DNA of 64,000 nt from Eledone cirrhosa (GCA_964016885.1 OZ024743.1:28086001-28150000), one strand, 5' to 3'. Positions 31,241 through 46,414 are shown, counted from the stretch's first letter. Notes: a model not told the origin generated them from the sequence alone. Numbers and translations: made by a program.

Positions 31241-31973
31241 CTATTCTCAGCTAAGTTCCCAGGCGATGCGCGGACACTAGTAACCCATATAAAAATAATA
31301 ATTCAGTGGATGGAATAAAGCTAGCGAGGACTAAATTCCAGAGCACTGAAAAAATTCACTGCCTCTGGTCAGTGGCAGATTCTAAAGAATCAATCACGTG
31401 ACACTGAGGTTAATCAGTTAGGAGCGGGGTGGTATTATGACAAGAGCCTACTACTACCATGAATCAGCAGTAAATTTTGGCAAGTTTTGCTCAACAAATA
31501 ATTTGGAGATAAATATAGAGAATTAGAACATTACCAACATATATTTTTAATTTTTAAAATTTTCTTATTTTACGTCTTTCATATAATTGTTCTGCATCCC
31601 CCTGCATAGAACCACAAAGGTACTAAGACATAACATATATATTTGCTAGCATGGCTGTACATCTGTACACATATGTTGGTAGATGTACTAATTCTCTATA
31701 TTTATCTCCAAATTATTTGTTGAGCAAAACTTGCCAACATTTACTGCTGATTCATGGTAGTAGTAGGCTCTTGTCATAATACCACCCCGCTCCTAACTGA
31801 TTAACCTCAGTGTCACGTGATTGATTCTTTAGAATCTGCCACTGACCAGAGGCAGTGAATTTTTTCAGTGCTCTGGAATTTAGTCCTCGCTAGCTTTATT
31901 CCATCCACTGAATTATTATTTTTATATGGGTTCCTAGTGTCCGCGCATCTCCTGGGAACTTAGCTGAGAATAG

Positions 31974-32055
31974 ACTCCCTGATGACGTAAGGAATTCTCT
32001 ATAATTATACTACGTAACTATATTTATCCCCTTACAGAAACTAATTAGTTGGAGT
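31974..32055 (+). ncRNA. Hammerhead ribozyme, family E
   Basis: actcc-CTGATGA-c-gtaagg..ccttac-a-GAA-ACTAATTAGT (palindrome)-T-ggagt. Confidence 0.85.
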
Positions 32056-32286
32056 GAAAATTTTAGCAAGTAAGTTGATTTTAAATTTTTAAAATTTTCT
32101 TATTTTACGTCTTTCATATACATATATACATATATATATTGCTCCGAAAGCATTGCAAGTGTCCCAAGGACCCGCAGTTATAGAATCAGTCAGATCCATA
32201 CAATGATCATGTCTCGAGCTATCTGCGGCGAAACAATTGTAACACGCAATAAACTGTGTCTAGATGCATCACTGATTTCTGTTTTT

Positions 32287-32387
<101 letters not shown>

Positions 32388-32826
32388 TAGATAGATAGAT
32401 AGATAGATACAAATATAAATTCAGCGAGAATCGCATTTCGGCGGGTAGAAAAAGCGAAACGTAACGCAGATTCCGAGTCATGCTGTCAAGCGCTCCATGG
32501 GCTAAAAAAAGACCAGAGCAATAAACATACGTTCTAAGGCCATACAAACTGAGAAGGCGGTCAAGAAGCCATAAACCACCTAAGCCAAAAAAACAAGTCA
32601 AGCTAAACAGGTCAGACAAAATAAATGACATTGATATATATAATAACAAATCCTTGGAATTGATGGCAAAATCCAGTACAGGGTTTCTGTGACACCTAAA
32701 TCAATAATACTGTCTGCTTAAATCAATAAGCTTTTGGTATAAAGATCGAACGAGGAATATCACGTTATCAACAGATATTTTGTTCTGCGCCAGTGTTGTG
32801 GATGACACAGTGGTTCGTAAAAGCAC

Positions 32827-32862
<36 letters not shown>

Positions 32863-33096
32863 AGGTACAAATTAATTGAGTCCATAGGTGGTATGCTGAA
32901 TGAGCACTCGGTGCTATGGGAAGCAGAGTATCAATAGTATTAATATATAAGTGGGAACAAAGAATCAGTGTTGCATCATATACATATTTAATTACATATT
33001 ACATATGTTTCCTTGTCGATCAGCCCGAGGAACCATCGATTAAATATGTATATAATGCAACACTGATTCTATATTCTTTATTCCCTTACATATTAA

Positions 33097-33180
<84 letters not shown>

Positions 33181-33294
33181 GGAAATCAGCAAAATCGAAT
33201 CTCTGGCGGTTTGCAAGTGAATTCGGCTTACTTATATGAAATGATGAGTTAGCAAAGCACTCGATAAGATAGGTCCTTAGAGTAATAACATACG

Positions 33295-33334
<40 letters not shown>

Positions 33335-33357
33335 AAGGACTTAGCATAGTAAAAGAA

Positions 33358-35197
33358 TTGAAAATATCTTATAGAAACGAGCCTCTAACCCCTTATAACC
33401 CTACATTTAATCTAAAGGATCACAAAAATAATTTCGAAATAGACCCCGCAATTAGATTAATATGCCCATCGAAGTCGGATATAGGTAGAATTAGCAAGTA
33501 TATACTAGATAGAGTAATCGCACAAATCAAGGACAAACTAGTAATTAAGCTATGGGTTAACACTAACGAAGCAATAGACTGGTTCAGCAAAATAGACACT
33601 AGAGAAACATCCAACTTCGTACAGTTCAACATTAATGACTACTACTCATCCATATTCCCAGTCACCCTAGATAAAGCGCTTACCTTTGCCCAGAAAAATT
33701 CGGACCTTACCTCGGAGGAAATTAAAATAATACTAGCTGCTAGGAGAACTATCAGTAGATACGAAAATAGTTACTGGGAACGAAAAAACAGACAGAATAG
33801 CTTCGATATCACAATGGGATCTAACGACTCAGCACAGGTAACGAAGTTGGTGGGAATATATATAGCGCACAACTTACATAAGGAATTCAATAACCTCCAG
33901 GGAGGAATTTATAGAGACGACACACTCCTTTTAGCCAAAAACCTAAATAATCAAAACATGGAAAATTACGAAAAAACACCAGAGTCTTCTTCAACAAACT
34001 AAGCCTAGGTATTACTTTCGAACTTAAAAGTAAAAAAGCAAACTTCTTAGATGTAACGCTCAAACTAAACACAGGATTAATAGAGCCCTTCCATAAAAAT
34101 AACGAGAATCTAGCCTACATTAGTTATAACTCAAACCACCCCGATCCATAATTAACTGCATAGCACATAGTATATCCATCAGAATATCCCGCCTATCTTC
34201 TAACCTAGAGACTTTTAACGAACACGCAAACTATTATAACATAGCTTTACATAAGGCAGGACATAAAGAGGGCCTGGAATACATACCAGATAGAGAGAGC
34301 AGCAACAAACCTAACGACAACTACACTACCCACACCTATAGAAATAACAAACATAGGACTATGCATAGAATTAGACGACGAGCACCAAAAATGACTGATC
34401 CGAACACTAATATAAGGACCCCTAAGAACTATAGAAGATCCAGAGATAGAAAATACCTATGGTTCAATCCAATATTCAAATCCTCTTTAAAATCCAAACT
34501 ACCTTCTACATTCTTTAAGCTAATCGACAAACACCTCCCTAAACTACACAAATACCATAGAACTTTTAATAGAAGAACTATCAACCTATCTTCTGCAGCC
34601 AACGTAGAACCACACATAGATAAAATCAACCACAAACATATCTCTAAAGAAAATAACCTATCAATATACACCATAGCACCAAATACAAAACGCAAACACA
34701 TAACAACATCGCAACCACAAACATATCAGGGCGCATCACAACAAAACACTAATAGGGCTAAATCTCAATTCACCCACAACATACAAAACCGCAACGGAGA
34801 ACCTGCACACAGAAAAGCCTTCCACTGTAACTGCCACCTACCGGATAAGTGCCCACTGCAAAATAGATGCCTGGTTTCGAGTATGGAGTACCTGTGTACT
34901 GTAAATTCAGGCAACTCTACTTGGCACTACATAGGTCCCATGGCTGGGGAGTTAAAAAAAAGGTGGTACGTCCACAGACACTCCATGAAGAACCGTAGAC
35001 TGGAGAACTCTACGATGCTCGCCAATAAAATTTGGCAGATTAAAAACACAAACCAGGAATATAGGATTATCTGGTCAAAATTATCAGAAGCAAAGGCCTA
35101 CAACAATGGCATGTCCCACTGCGGACTTTGTAATATGGAGCTATTCAATATTTTAAGGTACGATAAGATGCTGCTTGACAGCAAAATAGAAAGATAA
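33358..35197 (+). pseudogene. PLE RT + GIY-YIG, frameshifted (~33978, ~34142)
   Basis: IRLICPSKSDIGRISK, YYSSI, FDITMGSNDS, GIYRDD, NFLDVT, LWFNP, CNCHLPDKCPL, EY..YIG..KRWYVH, CGLCNME. Confidence 0.9.
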
Positions 35198-35885
35198 ATT
35201 CTGTAGGCTTAAAATAGCTACCAGGTTCACACATTTCAAACCACCGTTATTCAATCCCCCAAATTAGAACTGACCCACCTGGATTTTAACGTATGCAATA
35301 CACACCATCACACCGCTATTAGCTGTCAAACGGCCAACAGGTCACTAGATCATAAATATCTTAACATCTCTTTCACCCTCTCTCCCTGAAACCGCATCAA
35401 CCCCATTAAGACAAGACAATCAGCAAAACATTTACCACCACAAATTTGTCAAACCTCCCTTCACCATCCACCCTTAGCCCTTAGATCTCATACTAGTATC
35501 TCCCAATTAATCTCTAATTTATTGCTTTTTCTTTTATCTGTCACTACCTCAGACACTCTACACGTATCTATGTATATTTCGAATATGACTTTTCATGTTA
35601 GCACTAAACCCACCACAGAATCCTTATACGGATACTCACCTCCGCCACTATCATAGTCTGTGCTTATATGCTCTTACTTATCCTTATTTCTTTATATTTG
35701 TATTATTTTTCTATTTTCTTACTTTTTTACTGTATCTTTTTTCTTATCTTTTACTTTTTACTTTTTACATCTGTAACTTCTCTACCTATTTATCATATAT
35801 ATTTTATTATTGATGTTATTGTTTTGATTATACGCTATTTCTCTATATAATAATTCACACAAGATGCCTTGTGTGAATTATTTTT

Positions 35886-35996
35886 GTATTCTGAGGAGTT
35901 GATCAGAGGTAAATAATGTAATGGAGATCGAGTGACGCAACTTCGAGTGATTAACGGCCTCTAGACTCCCCTGATCAATGAAACAATTGTCAATAC
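35886..35996 (+). ncRNA. Hammerhead ribozyme with extended stem II at the PLE 3' end
   Basis: gtatt-CTGAGGA-g-ttgatcag...ctgatcaa-t-GAA-ACAATTGT (palindrome)-C-aatac; GUC site at 35991. Confidence 0.88.
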
Positions 35997-36049
35997 CTGA
36001 AACAAAGCCCCTTGTTATACAGTCAACCATGTTACTCTTCATTCCTTCA

Positions 36050-36084
<35 letters not shown>

Positions 36085-36311
36085 ATATGGAAAACGAATA
36101 ATCAATGATGCATCGGAACACAATTTATTACATATTACAATTGTTTCCCCGGCGAACAGCTCGAGTTGCGATCTGTTCGTGGATCGAATTTGACTCTGGA
36201 TTCGCAACTTCCCCAGGTACGTCTAGTGATTTCGAAGCAAATCTCTGCTCCGAAGGAGCATAGAGTGCTCAACAGCCATACCGCCTATGGACTCATCCAA
36301 GCAACCTTAAT

Positions 36312-36850
<539 letters not shown>

Positions 36851-36853
<3 letters not shown>

Positions 36854-37076
36854 TGTTATACTTTGGGAGGGTCATGTTGTCAATAAGAAACACACGCACC
36901 ACTTGCTTCACTTCAATTTATTATATATTTATAAATTTATAAATATATAATAAATTGAAGTGAAAGCAACTGGTGCGTGTGTTTCTTATTGGCAACATGA
37001 CCCTCCCAAAGTATAACAATATCGGTTTCAACACATGATTTCAGATAAAGAATCTTGCTAAACAAATTCAGAAACG

Positions 37077-37080
<4 letters not shown>
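36851..37080. mobile_element. Family C fold-back insert (palindrome 36851-37022 + 3' tail)
   Basis: ttgttatactttgggagggtcatg...catgaccctcccaaagtataacaa, then tcggtttc...cgaaat|(TA)n. Confidence 0.85.
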
Positions 37081-37123
<43 letters not shown>

Positions 37124-37133
37124 TATATGTATG

Positions 37134-37515
<382 letters not shown>

Positions 37516-38886
37516 TATGCATATATGTCCCATAACGTATATAGAAACAATACAATATTCGTTATTAATTGTGACTCTTAGAAGTGTCACCGACGTTTGA
37601 TAAGCTAGTAACTTCCATATAAACAATCCCTATTATTAAAAACATTGTGTATGTACTTATATTGATGCATACGTTTCTAGGCAAATTTATCTAAAATACA
37701 TTGATCGAAAACTTATTAGACATAGAAAAGGCAGAACACTCGTTGAAATGTCATGATTCAACTAAATAGGTAGAAAAATATATTCATTGATATTTTCCAT
37801 AATGATTTAAAGTCCAAAAACTTAGAAATGTTTAGTGTATGCATCAAATGAAGCAATTTATATATTAATCTACACAATTTTGACCTCGAGTTGAGGAAGT
37901 CATTAATAATATCTATAAAACACTCTCATCACACAATCCTGAGTATTCATGATTACGATATGCTGGGAATACAATACTTAATTGAGGTTGACTGTTTACG
38001 TATCAATCAGGTACCAGCAATCCTTTGACATTTTTCTGTCTGGATACCTATGTAATAATTACGCATGAATTGCGTTGCGAGGCGATGGACACGTCGAACG
38101 TCGAAACATTAGGCTGTAGTGCTAAATTGCTATTTGGCTCCTGCGTTCAAATTCAGTCATGATTAACGATGCCCATCATATTTCATAAGACGATAAAATA
38201 TGTATTAGTCAAATCATTTAGTATATCTAATCAACTGTATTCCGATTATAATGTGTGTGATCGCAGGCGTGTGTATATATTAAAACATTGATTGTTTTCG
38301 ATGCTATATACAACAAAAACAATCGGACACTCATGTATACAGAGTGGTATCTGTCAAGATTGAATTTCTAGTATTTCTGTTTACATGAATTTTCTTATTA
38401 AAACAAACAGATAGCCTGACACTAAAATGAAAATATATTTTATGTAGAAAATAATCATTTGTTATTATTCTGAAGTCGTGATAATTTGTTTTAAAAAATA
38501 GTCGATATTAAGTTTCGCTTTTCTACGAATATGACTTCTGACTATGTTGTCTTTCTATTGTTATGGCTCTCCAACAATATGCTTTCCTCTAGTCTCTTTT
38601 CACCAAATGCGCCGTATACAAACAGTAACACCCACACAACCCCTTCTACACACACGCACACATACATACACACACACATACATACACACACATGCATAAA
38701 CACACATACATACATACATACACATATTCATACATACATACATACATACATACATACATACATACATAACCAATTTTTTTAATTTTGCTCGTTTACTTCC
38801 TCCCTATTCAGCCTTTTCGGGGATTGGCTATGTTGGAGTGTTTATCGTCAACGTTTTAGCATAACATTCTGGAGAATGCTATGAGT

Positions 38887-39110
38887 AGGCGCGTGGCTAA
38901 GTGGAAAGAGAGTTGGGTTCGTAATCGTGTGGTTGTGAGTTCGATTTCAGGACCAGCCGATGCGCTATGTCCTTGAGCAAGCTACTTTATTTCACGTTGT
39001 TCCTTCTACCTGGAGTTGCGACCGATAGATAGTATTAGCCATTGGAAAGACCAATGGAAACATTATTTCCCCGGTCCGAATTTTACGAAAGTTGATCGAC
39101 TGTTGATTCT
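38887..39110 (+). mobile_element. Second tRNA-derived SINE family (CORE-like)
   Basis: A-box tggctaagtgg, B-box gagttcgatt, gtccttgagcaag core motif; 3' part recurs at ~44565-44600. Confidence 0.75.
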
Positions 39111-39149
39111 GGAGATCTGTTTTCAATTTGAATTTTATCTTTTTCCAAA

Positions 39150-39830
39150 TTGCTGTTGCTTTACGTGCCTGTATTTTTATTAGACTCATAAATTCAGTTT
39201 TTATTCTAAATTTATTGACTTCCTTGAACACAGAAAATATTTCTTTGTTTTTTTTTTATATTTCGTAGCTACTTGTATTAACTTTCTATTATTCCTCATT
39301 AGATATTATTTTAGTTCTGCATTGGTTATTTTATAATTGTTTTCTAGTTGCATGAAGCCCCTTTCTCCCTGTGTTCCTGGTATGTATAATTATTCTATAA
39401 TTGATTTTGAGTGGTGTATTTTGAATGCAGTCAATATTTTCCTTGTTTTTATGTCTAGTCCAGCTAGTATTTTAAGCGTCCAGTTCAGAATATTAAAACT
39501 GCAGTTTATTACTGGAATCACTACAGTATTAAAGCATAATACCTTATTCTTTGGATTTAATTCTGTCTTATGTAGTAATGCAATTCTTCTATAGTATTTC
39601 GTTCTAAGCTCTTCTTTTGTCTGCGTTTTCTAAAGACATCTAAAAAAATTCCTAAATATTTGTATGTTTGTGTTTGAACTAAGTTTCATATCTCAGTATC
39701 TTTATCTAGCGTGATATTAGTGTCTTTCCTCCCCTTAGATTTGCCACGGGATGCTTATGTCAATTAAGATACATGTTTTTCTATATGGTCCATTACAATT
39801 ATATAAGGTCTATAAGCATTGATTGTTCTG
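39150..39830 (-). mobile_element. Decayed non-LTR RT fragment (R4/NeSL-like)
   Basis: QTYKYLG and YIPGTQGERG (cf. LYxPRxxGGRG) on the minus strand. Confidence 0.5.
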
Positions 39831-40226
39831 TTAGTGATCACAAGGAAATCTTATAAGATTGTCACATTCTCGCCTCCTGCTACTGCATCTAGGTGATGGT
39901 TGCACCATTTCTCCTCTGTTTTTATACCAATTTAGTTAACGTATAATTAATATTCTACTAATGATGAACTACATAATTTTGCTTTCCTTCTTACAACTAT
40001 CATTTCCTAAAACTGATACCATTAAGTAAACATATATAATGCTTTAACTTCATGTTATGACTCTATGTTCCTTGAAAACTATATATATTTATTATTTCTC
40101 ACTAATAAATTTAATCCCCCCCAATAATTATATGTATATGTAAGTGTGTATGTGTATATATATATATATATGTATGTATATATGCATGTATATGTATGTA
40201 TATATATATATATATATATATACATA

Positions 40227-40275
<49 letters not shown>

Positions 40276-40967
40276 ATATGTGTGTATGTGTATATATATG
40301 TATATATATATATATAAGTATATATATATATTATTTTTATACTCTTTTAATTTCCCCTCATCTTTAACAGCACTTTTCAACTGCATCTAACTCTTATTTA
40401 TCATATCTATATGTATTAGTATAATTTTATCAATATAAATATACCCATCAATTAAATTAATTTATATTCTTTTCATAGATGTATTTTTTTCACTAACATT
40501 CTTATCGTAAAACTTTAGTCACCTTAGATATTTGTATTGGCATTACTATTTCATAACAGCAACTGCTTGTATACCTTTTACTGACCACCTTACCTATTTT
40601 CACCCCTAAAATAAGCTTCAATTACTACTATTTTACCATTTGGCCAATTATTAACTTTCTATTGGTTAATTCTAAACCTCTTACCAGACAGACAGAATAT
40701 ATTAGATCTTTGTTGGTTTTATTCAATGAACAAATAAAATTATTTCTGAGGTCAGCATAAGACCTATTTCTTCCCTAAAATAATCCTTCATTCATAATAT
40801 TCTTTTCCATCCAAAACTGAAATCTACCTTCCTCTACCCATAATTTAAGGTTCTTCTACTACTATATTACTATCTTGACCCTCACTATCTCTCTATTGGT
40901 CAATTCAAAACCTGTTCCCAAACAGACCTATTGTATTGAATCTTTGTTTTTTTCAATAAACAAATAT

Positions 40968-41107
40968 CATTATTTCTGAAGACAGCATATATATGTGTAG
41001 GTATGTATATTCCCTCTGATAGTTTGTATAAATATTGTACATAGATCTATAGAATATGCATACCAACTCTAACACATATATATCCTAGAAACGATCGTAA
41101 AATGATG
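40968..41107 (+). ncRNA. Hammerhead ribozyme with ~105-nt stem II region
   Basis: cattattt-CTGAAGA-...-GAA-ACGATCGT (palindrome)-A-aaatgatg. Confidence 0.7.
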
Positions 41108-41309
41108 AATTTTTTTAATATAAGGAACTGTTTCTTTGTTTATTCATTATTTTATTAATTTATCTTGACTCTGTTTTCCGTTTATTTTTCACCGAAAGTA
41201 GTTTTTGAATGCATCTTCTCTTTTCATGATATCCGGATTGGACACTACCGTAAACTTTTGGTAGATTTATCTACATAGATATATAGATATATAGATATAC
41301 ATACATACG

Positions 41310-41403
<94 letters not shown>

Positions 41404-42108
41404 CATGTATGTTTGTGGGTAGACAATATGGATAGCTTTATTTTTTTGTATTCTCTTTTTAGTGGGGCGGGATAATTGAGTTTTCGGAAATCAATATTGA
41501 TTAAATGTGCAACTTCTTCACTTTTGTTTATATTCCATTCAACAGTTAGCATGGCTAGAATAGATATATGGTTATTACTTTTTATTTCATTGTCTTAATC
41601 TGTTATCTATATGTTTAGTCTTTCTTTTCTAACATATCTGTTATGGCAATACATCGATATATATATTCGATATGTTGACATAATTGTAATTGAAGAATAA
41701 GATCAGTTTTATTAGAACAGAAATCTCTATTTGTCTAATTTATTGATTTGTTATGAGATATATCATTGAATTTTATGATATAAATATTATATCATAGTTC
41801 ACACATTGCCTACATGGTGTAGACAATTATAGGAGCATATCTATTGATCGTATCACTCAATAAAAACGGAGGAGAATGAACTTCATATTATCTCTGTCCC
41901 CGTTTCTCTCACCCTCTCTCTTAAACACACTCACACACATGCATACACACACGTACACACATACACACACACTTTTCCTCTCTCTCGCTCTCTTTCACGC
42001 TCTCTCCCTTTCTCTCCCCATCTCTCTCTCTCACACAGTCACACAGACACACACACACATACACACACACACACTCTCACACACATACACACTCTCTTTG
42101 TCTCTTTC

Positions 42109-42140
<32 letters not shown>

Positions 42141-42288
42141 GGAACAAGTATGACCCCGACGGCAGAGCTCAAGCCGTTTCGACGGCTATTTCTGGACTAA
42201 ATCCTATTACCCACTCTACTACCCTAAGTATTGAGTACTTTGGTGCGTTACGGTCCATCTGGTTGCTTACCACAATTCCTTCGTTTTA
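42141..42288. mobile_element. Family D insert (inverted arm + tail)
   Basis: Homologous to 37243-37435. Confidence 0.8.
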
Positions 42289-42454
42289 TATATATATATA
42301 TAGTGTAGGTGATTCAGTGAATCACTGGAGTTGGTGCCAGAGCAAGCACTCTACGCACAGGCTCAGTGTATATATCAAAGAAAACGAGAAATTTTCATTT
42401 ACATGTATAATATATTTATTGTTTATTGACCTATATTTTTTTTTTGTCACATCA

Positions 42455-42548
42455 CGAGTCTGAAGAGCAGATCGATGGTGGAGTCGGGTCCATAAATCCA
42501 TATGGGTGACATTGAGTTATTCCTCTGTGAAATGTTCATAACAGCTCG
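42455..42548 (+). ncRNA. Probable hammerhead ribozyme in a ~310 bp insert (42302-42610)
   Basis: cgagt-CTGAAGA-gcaga...tctgt-GAA-atgttcat-A-acagctcg. Confidence 0.6.
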
Positions 42549-42606
42549 AACACAAAAACTGTGTACATGTAAACGAAACTTCCTGGTTTTCTCTAATATA
42601 TTTCTT

Positions 42607-42688
<82 letters not shown>

Positions 42689-42704
42689 TAAAATAACAGG
42701 TTAA

Positions 42705-42755
42705 AGTTTAAGCAAAGAATCGCTGCTTTCACCCTTAACGGGATCTTCTGAAACT
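42705..42755 (-). ncRNA. Degenerate hammerhead ribozyme (core CAGAAGA)
   Basis: Minus strand: agttt-CAGAAGA-t-ccc/ggg-t-GAA-agca..tgct-T-aaact. Confidence 0.6.
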
Positions 42756-42958
42756 AACAAAGTCAATCTGTGAACGCAGAAGTGAATATTTAAAAAAACG
42801 TTGCAACCGGAGGGAGACAGGAAGACGATACTTTGGTTCGTGGAAACGTTCCCTGGAAAAGAACGGGAAATTTGCTCTACGGTTCTTATATATTTGATAT
42901 ATATTTATCCTATCGAGCCCTCTTTGGATTTTAGTCTACACATTTATTATTATTACTA

Positions 42959-43028
<70 letters not shown>

Positions 43029-43204
43029 AGACAAAAAACAAATCCTCCATCTCAATTCCACTTTTGAAAAGCATAAGAACTGTGAAACTGGCAAAAGAAA
43101 TAAATAGATATTTTTATGAAGTCTCCAGTTGCATTTTCGATTTCTTTTCCTTATGTTTTTACCCGTGTAGAACATCTCGTTTTTTTATTAAAAAAAATCA
43201 TTTT

Positions 43205-43385
<181 letters not shown>

Positions 43386-43404
43386 GAGAGAAAGAGTAAG
43401 AGTA

Positions 43405-43710
43405 AGACAGAAGAATCGGAGACGGATGCGATGAAATTGAGAGTAGGATGGAAAGGTTGGACAAAAGAAAGAAAACAGTTGAGCTGTTCTCGTGTTAGAG
43501 AGGTGGCGCCGATACAGTCGCCGATATAACGATCGTATAGCTCAGGAGTTGGTCCAGCATACTGCGAGAAGATCTGGGCTTCGACGTAGACAACAAACAA
43601 GCTGGCATAGTTTGGACCCATTCTGGTTCCCATGGCTACCCCAAAGACCTGCTGGTAAAAAAATTCACCCGAAAAAGAAAAGGAAGTTGTAAAGGGAGTT
43701 AATAACAAAG
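43405..43710 (-). pseudogene. PLE (Neptune-like) RT core fragment
   Basis: FYQQVFGVAMGTRMGPNYASLFV..E, RYIGDCIG (YIDD mutated), FHPTLNF. Confidence 0.85.
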
Positions 43711-44055
43711 GAAGGTAATTAATGTTGTTGATAAATTAAGGGTTGTTATAATATTGTGGTAGTGTTATAAATTATATAGAGTATATAAAATATAACATAT
43801 AAAATATTCTTGGTTATATAATTGCTATCTTTTAAACTTGTGTGTGTGGGGGGGGAGGGGGGGATTGGGGGGGGGGGGGGGGGGGTAAGAACGTTTTTTT
43901 AAACTTAGCTTTATTATAACTAGATAGTTTTTATATAGTAAGTATATGCATACATAATATAAGGCATATACATATGTGTGACAATGTATAAACATATATA
44001 CACACACACACATATCTGCACCCACACTTATACACACATATACACACCCACCCAC

Positions 44056-44088
<33 letters not shown>

Positions 44089-44598
44089 TACACATATATA
44101 CACATACACACACACCCATATATACCTATATATATATACATATATATATATATGTATATATATATATGTGTGTATGTGTATATATATGTGTGTATAGGCT
44201 TGTGATTCTTTTGCTTGTACTTTTATCTTTTACTTATACCTATTACACTTCCAACCAGTGCTGCCTGTAATTGTGTTATTTCAAGCGGAACATCTTTGTA
44301 ACTCCAGAATCTCCACATGATGCCTTTGACACCAATAACAACTATGTACCCTAAATGTTATAAATGAGTAGGATTCTAGTTACACGTTTTCGACATTCCT
44401 TATGCTCCGATGATTCCAGACTTCCCCCTGGAACAAACGCTTGTCACCTAATAAATGTTCTAAACTAAAATTTGATCGTTTTAACACTTTGTATATATAT
44501 ATATATATATGGAACGAGTGATGTCCTTGGTCCAAGGACATAACACATCACCATCACAGTGTTTCCTTGGTCCGATTTTACGAAAGGTGATCGACTGT

Positions 44599-44633
<35 letters not shown>

Positions 44634-44699
44634 GAAGAGAGAAGAAACATTTAGATATAATTAGTAATAAAATGTATCATACCTAAACTGCTCCTAGAT

Positions 44700-44789
44700 T
44701 CCTCGACTACGTAGTTTCGTGGCATAAACAAAAACAATACATCATAAAGATATAGAGTCCTTGCGAGGTCTGCCGACTTATCAAGAGGA
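44700..44789 (-). ncRNA. Hammerhead ribozyme with U3-A8 core variant
   Basis: Minus strand: tcctc-TTGATAA-gtcggca...tgccac-GAA-ACTACGTAGT-C-gagga. Confidence 0.75.
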
Positions 44790-45294
44790 TGCCTCATTTT
44801 ACTAGCCTCAAGAACGCGTCTACACGACGTGAGAAAGAATCCCAAAAGGCGGAGGGGGAGATAGTCACGCGATATAACGGTCGAGAAACAGAGCTAAGCC
44901 TCTTATAATCCCGAAGAAAATACCACGGAGGCGGAGGGGGTATTTATATCGAAGCCGCAGAAGAGGTGGTGAAGGAGGTGGGAGAAGTATGAGTAATGGC
45001 AGCTTTCCAGCAGTCACCACACTTCAAAGATTACTCAACCAGAGGGAGTTATTAACAATATATTAAGAAACACACAGATACATGCGGACACACACATATA
45101 CATGAATGCATCCACACCCAACCGTGAGTTAAGGGTGCCAACCTCACCGATGTTGCTCAATGAATGACTGGGACAGACCAATCCGGTTGAACCAGACTGA
45201 ACCAGTATCAGAGTTAAAAATACATTATGAAGAGAGAAGAAACATTTAGATATAATTAGTAATAAAATGTATCATACCTAAACTGCTCCTAGAT

Positions 45295-45384
45295 TCCTCG
45301 ACTACGTAGTTTCGTGGCATAAACAAAAACAATACATCATAAAGATATAGAGTCCTTGCGAGGTCTGCCGACTTATCAAGAGGA
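45295..45384 (-). ncRNA. Hammerhead ribozyme with U3-A8 core variant (second monomer)
   Basis: Same motif 595 nt away. Confidence 0.75.
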
Positions 45385-45808
45385 TACCTCATTTTACTAG
45401 CCTCAAGAACGCGTCTACACGACGTGAGAAAGAATCCCAAAAGGCGGAGGGGGAGATAGTCACGCGATATAACGGTCGAGAAACAGAGCTAAGCCTCTTA
45501 TAACCCCGAAGAAAATACCACGGAGGCGGAGGGGGTATTTATATCGAAGCCGCAGAAGAGGTGGTGAAGGTGGCGAGAAGTATGAGTAATGGCAGCTTTC
45601 CAGCAGTCACCACACTTCAAAGATTACTCAACCAGAGGGAGTTATTAACAATATATTTAGAAACACACAGATACATGCGGACACACACATATACATGAAT
45701 GCATCCACACCCAACCGTGAGTTAAGGGTGCCAACCTCACCGATGTTGCTCAATGAATGACTGGGACAGACCAATCCGGTTGAACCAGACTGAACCAGTA
45801 TCAGAGTT

Positions 45809-45842
<34 letters not shown>

Positions 45843-45849
<7 letters not shown>

Positions 45850-46414
45850 ATACTTTGGGAGGGTCATGTTGCCAATAAGAAACACACGCACCAGTTGCTT
45901 TCACTTCAATTTAATTTATTATATATTTATAAATTTACAAATTTATAAATTTCTGGTTGGTTGGTTGGTTCCACAACCAGATAGTTGTTTATATATATAT
46001 AGTCATAGTTCTTTCGTCACACACTCTGTGACCTCTTCAGTGACTGGGGATTTCTTTCTTCGTTTCTGTGCCTTTCCTTTCTTCTATCCTACGCCATTTT
46101 GTTTGGCGTAGGATAGAAGAAAGAAAAGGCACAGAAACGAAGAAAGAAATCCCCAGTCACTGAAGAGGTCACAGAGTGTGTGACGAAAGAACTATGACTA
46201 TATATATATAAACAACTATCTGGTTGTGGAACCAACCAACCAACCAGAAATTTATAAATTTGTAAATTTATAAATATATAATAAATTAAATTGAAGTGAA
46301 AGCAACTGGTGCGTGTGTTTCTTATTGGCAACATGACCCTCCCAAAGTATAACAATATCGGTTTCAACACACGATTTCAGATAAAGAATCTTGCTAAACA
46401 AATTCAGAAACGAA

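Larger units (their letters stand above)
31090..32120. mobile_element. Retrozyme-like family E: inverted arm plus terminally redundant 535-nt monomer
   Basis: About 31090-31543 is the reverse complement of about 31670-32120 (running on into the monomer start); ttttcttattttacgtctttcatata occurs at 31560 and 32095 (535 nt apart). Confidence 0.85.
33331..36050 (+). mobile_element. Second PLE (probably Hydra-type), 5'-truncated, in (TA)n, with 3' hammerhead
   Basis: RT/GIY-YIG ORFs, 3'UTR HHR at 35886, microsatellite flanks. Confidence 0.9.
44629..45812 (-). mobile_element. Retrozyme-like family G: head-to-tail dimer of a 595-nt non-coding monomer in (TA)n
   Basis: 44629-45223 is nearly identical to 45224-45812; one HHR per monomer. 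Confidence 0.9.

Noticed and set aside
43060-43140. TTGAAAA...GAAACTGG...CCAGTT as a second U3-A8 hammerhead
   Set aside because: No stem I pairing could be found
45843-46357. Palindromes as MITEs or assembly artefacts
   Set aside because: Arms carry substitutions, a fixed asymmetric tail and the same geometry as the coding PLE; long-read confirmation is still advisable
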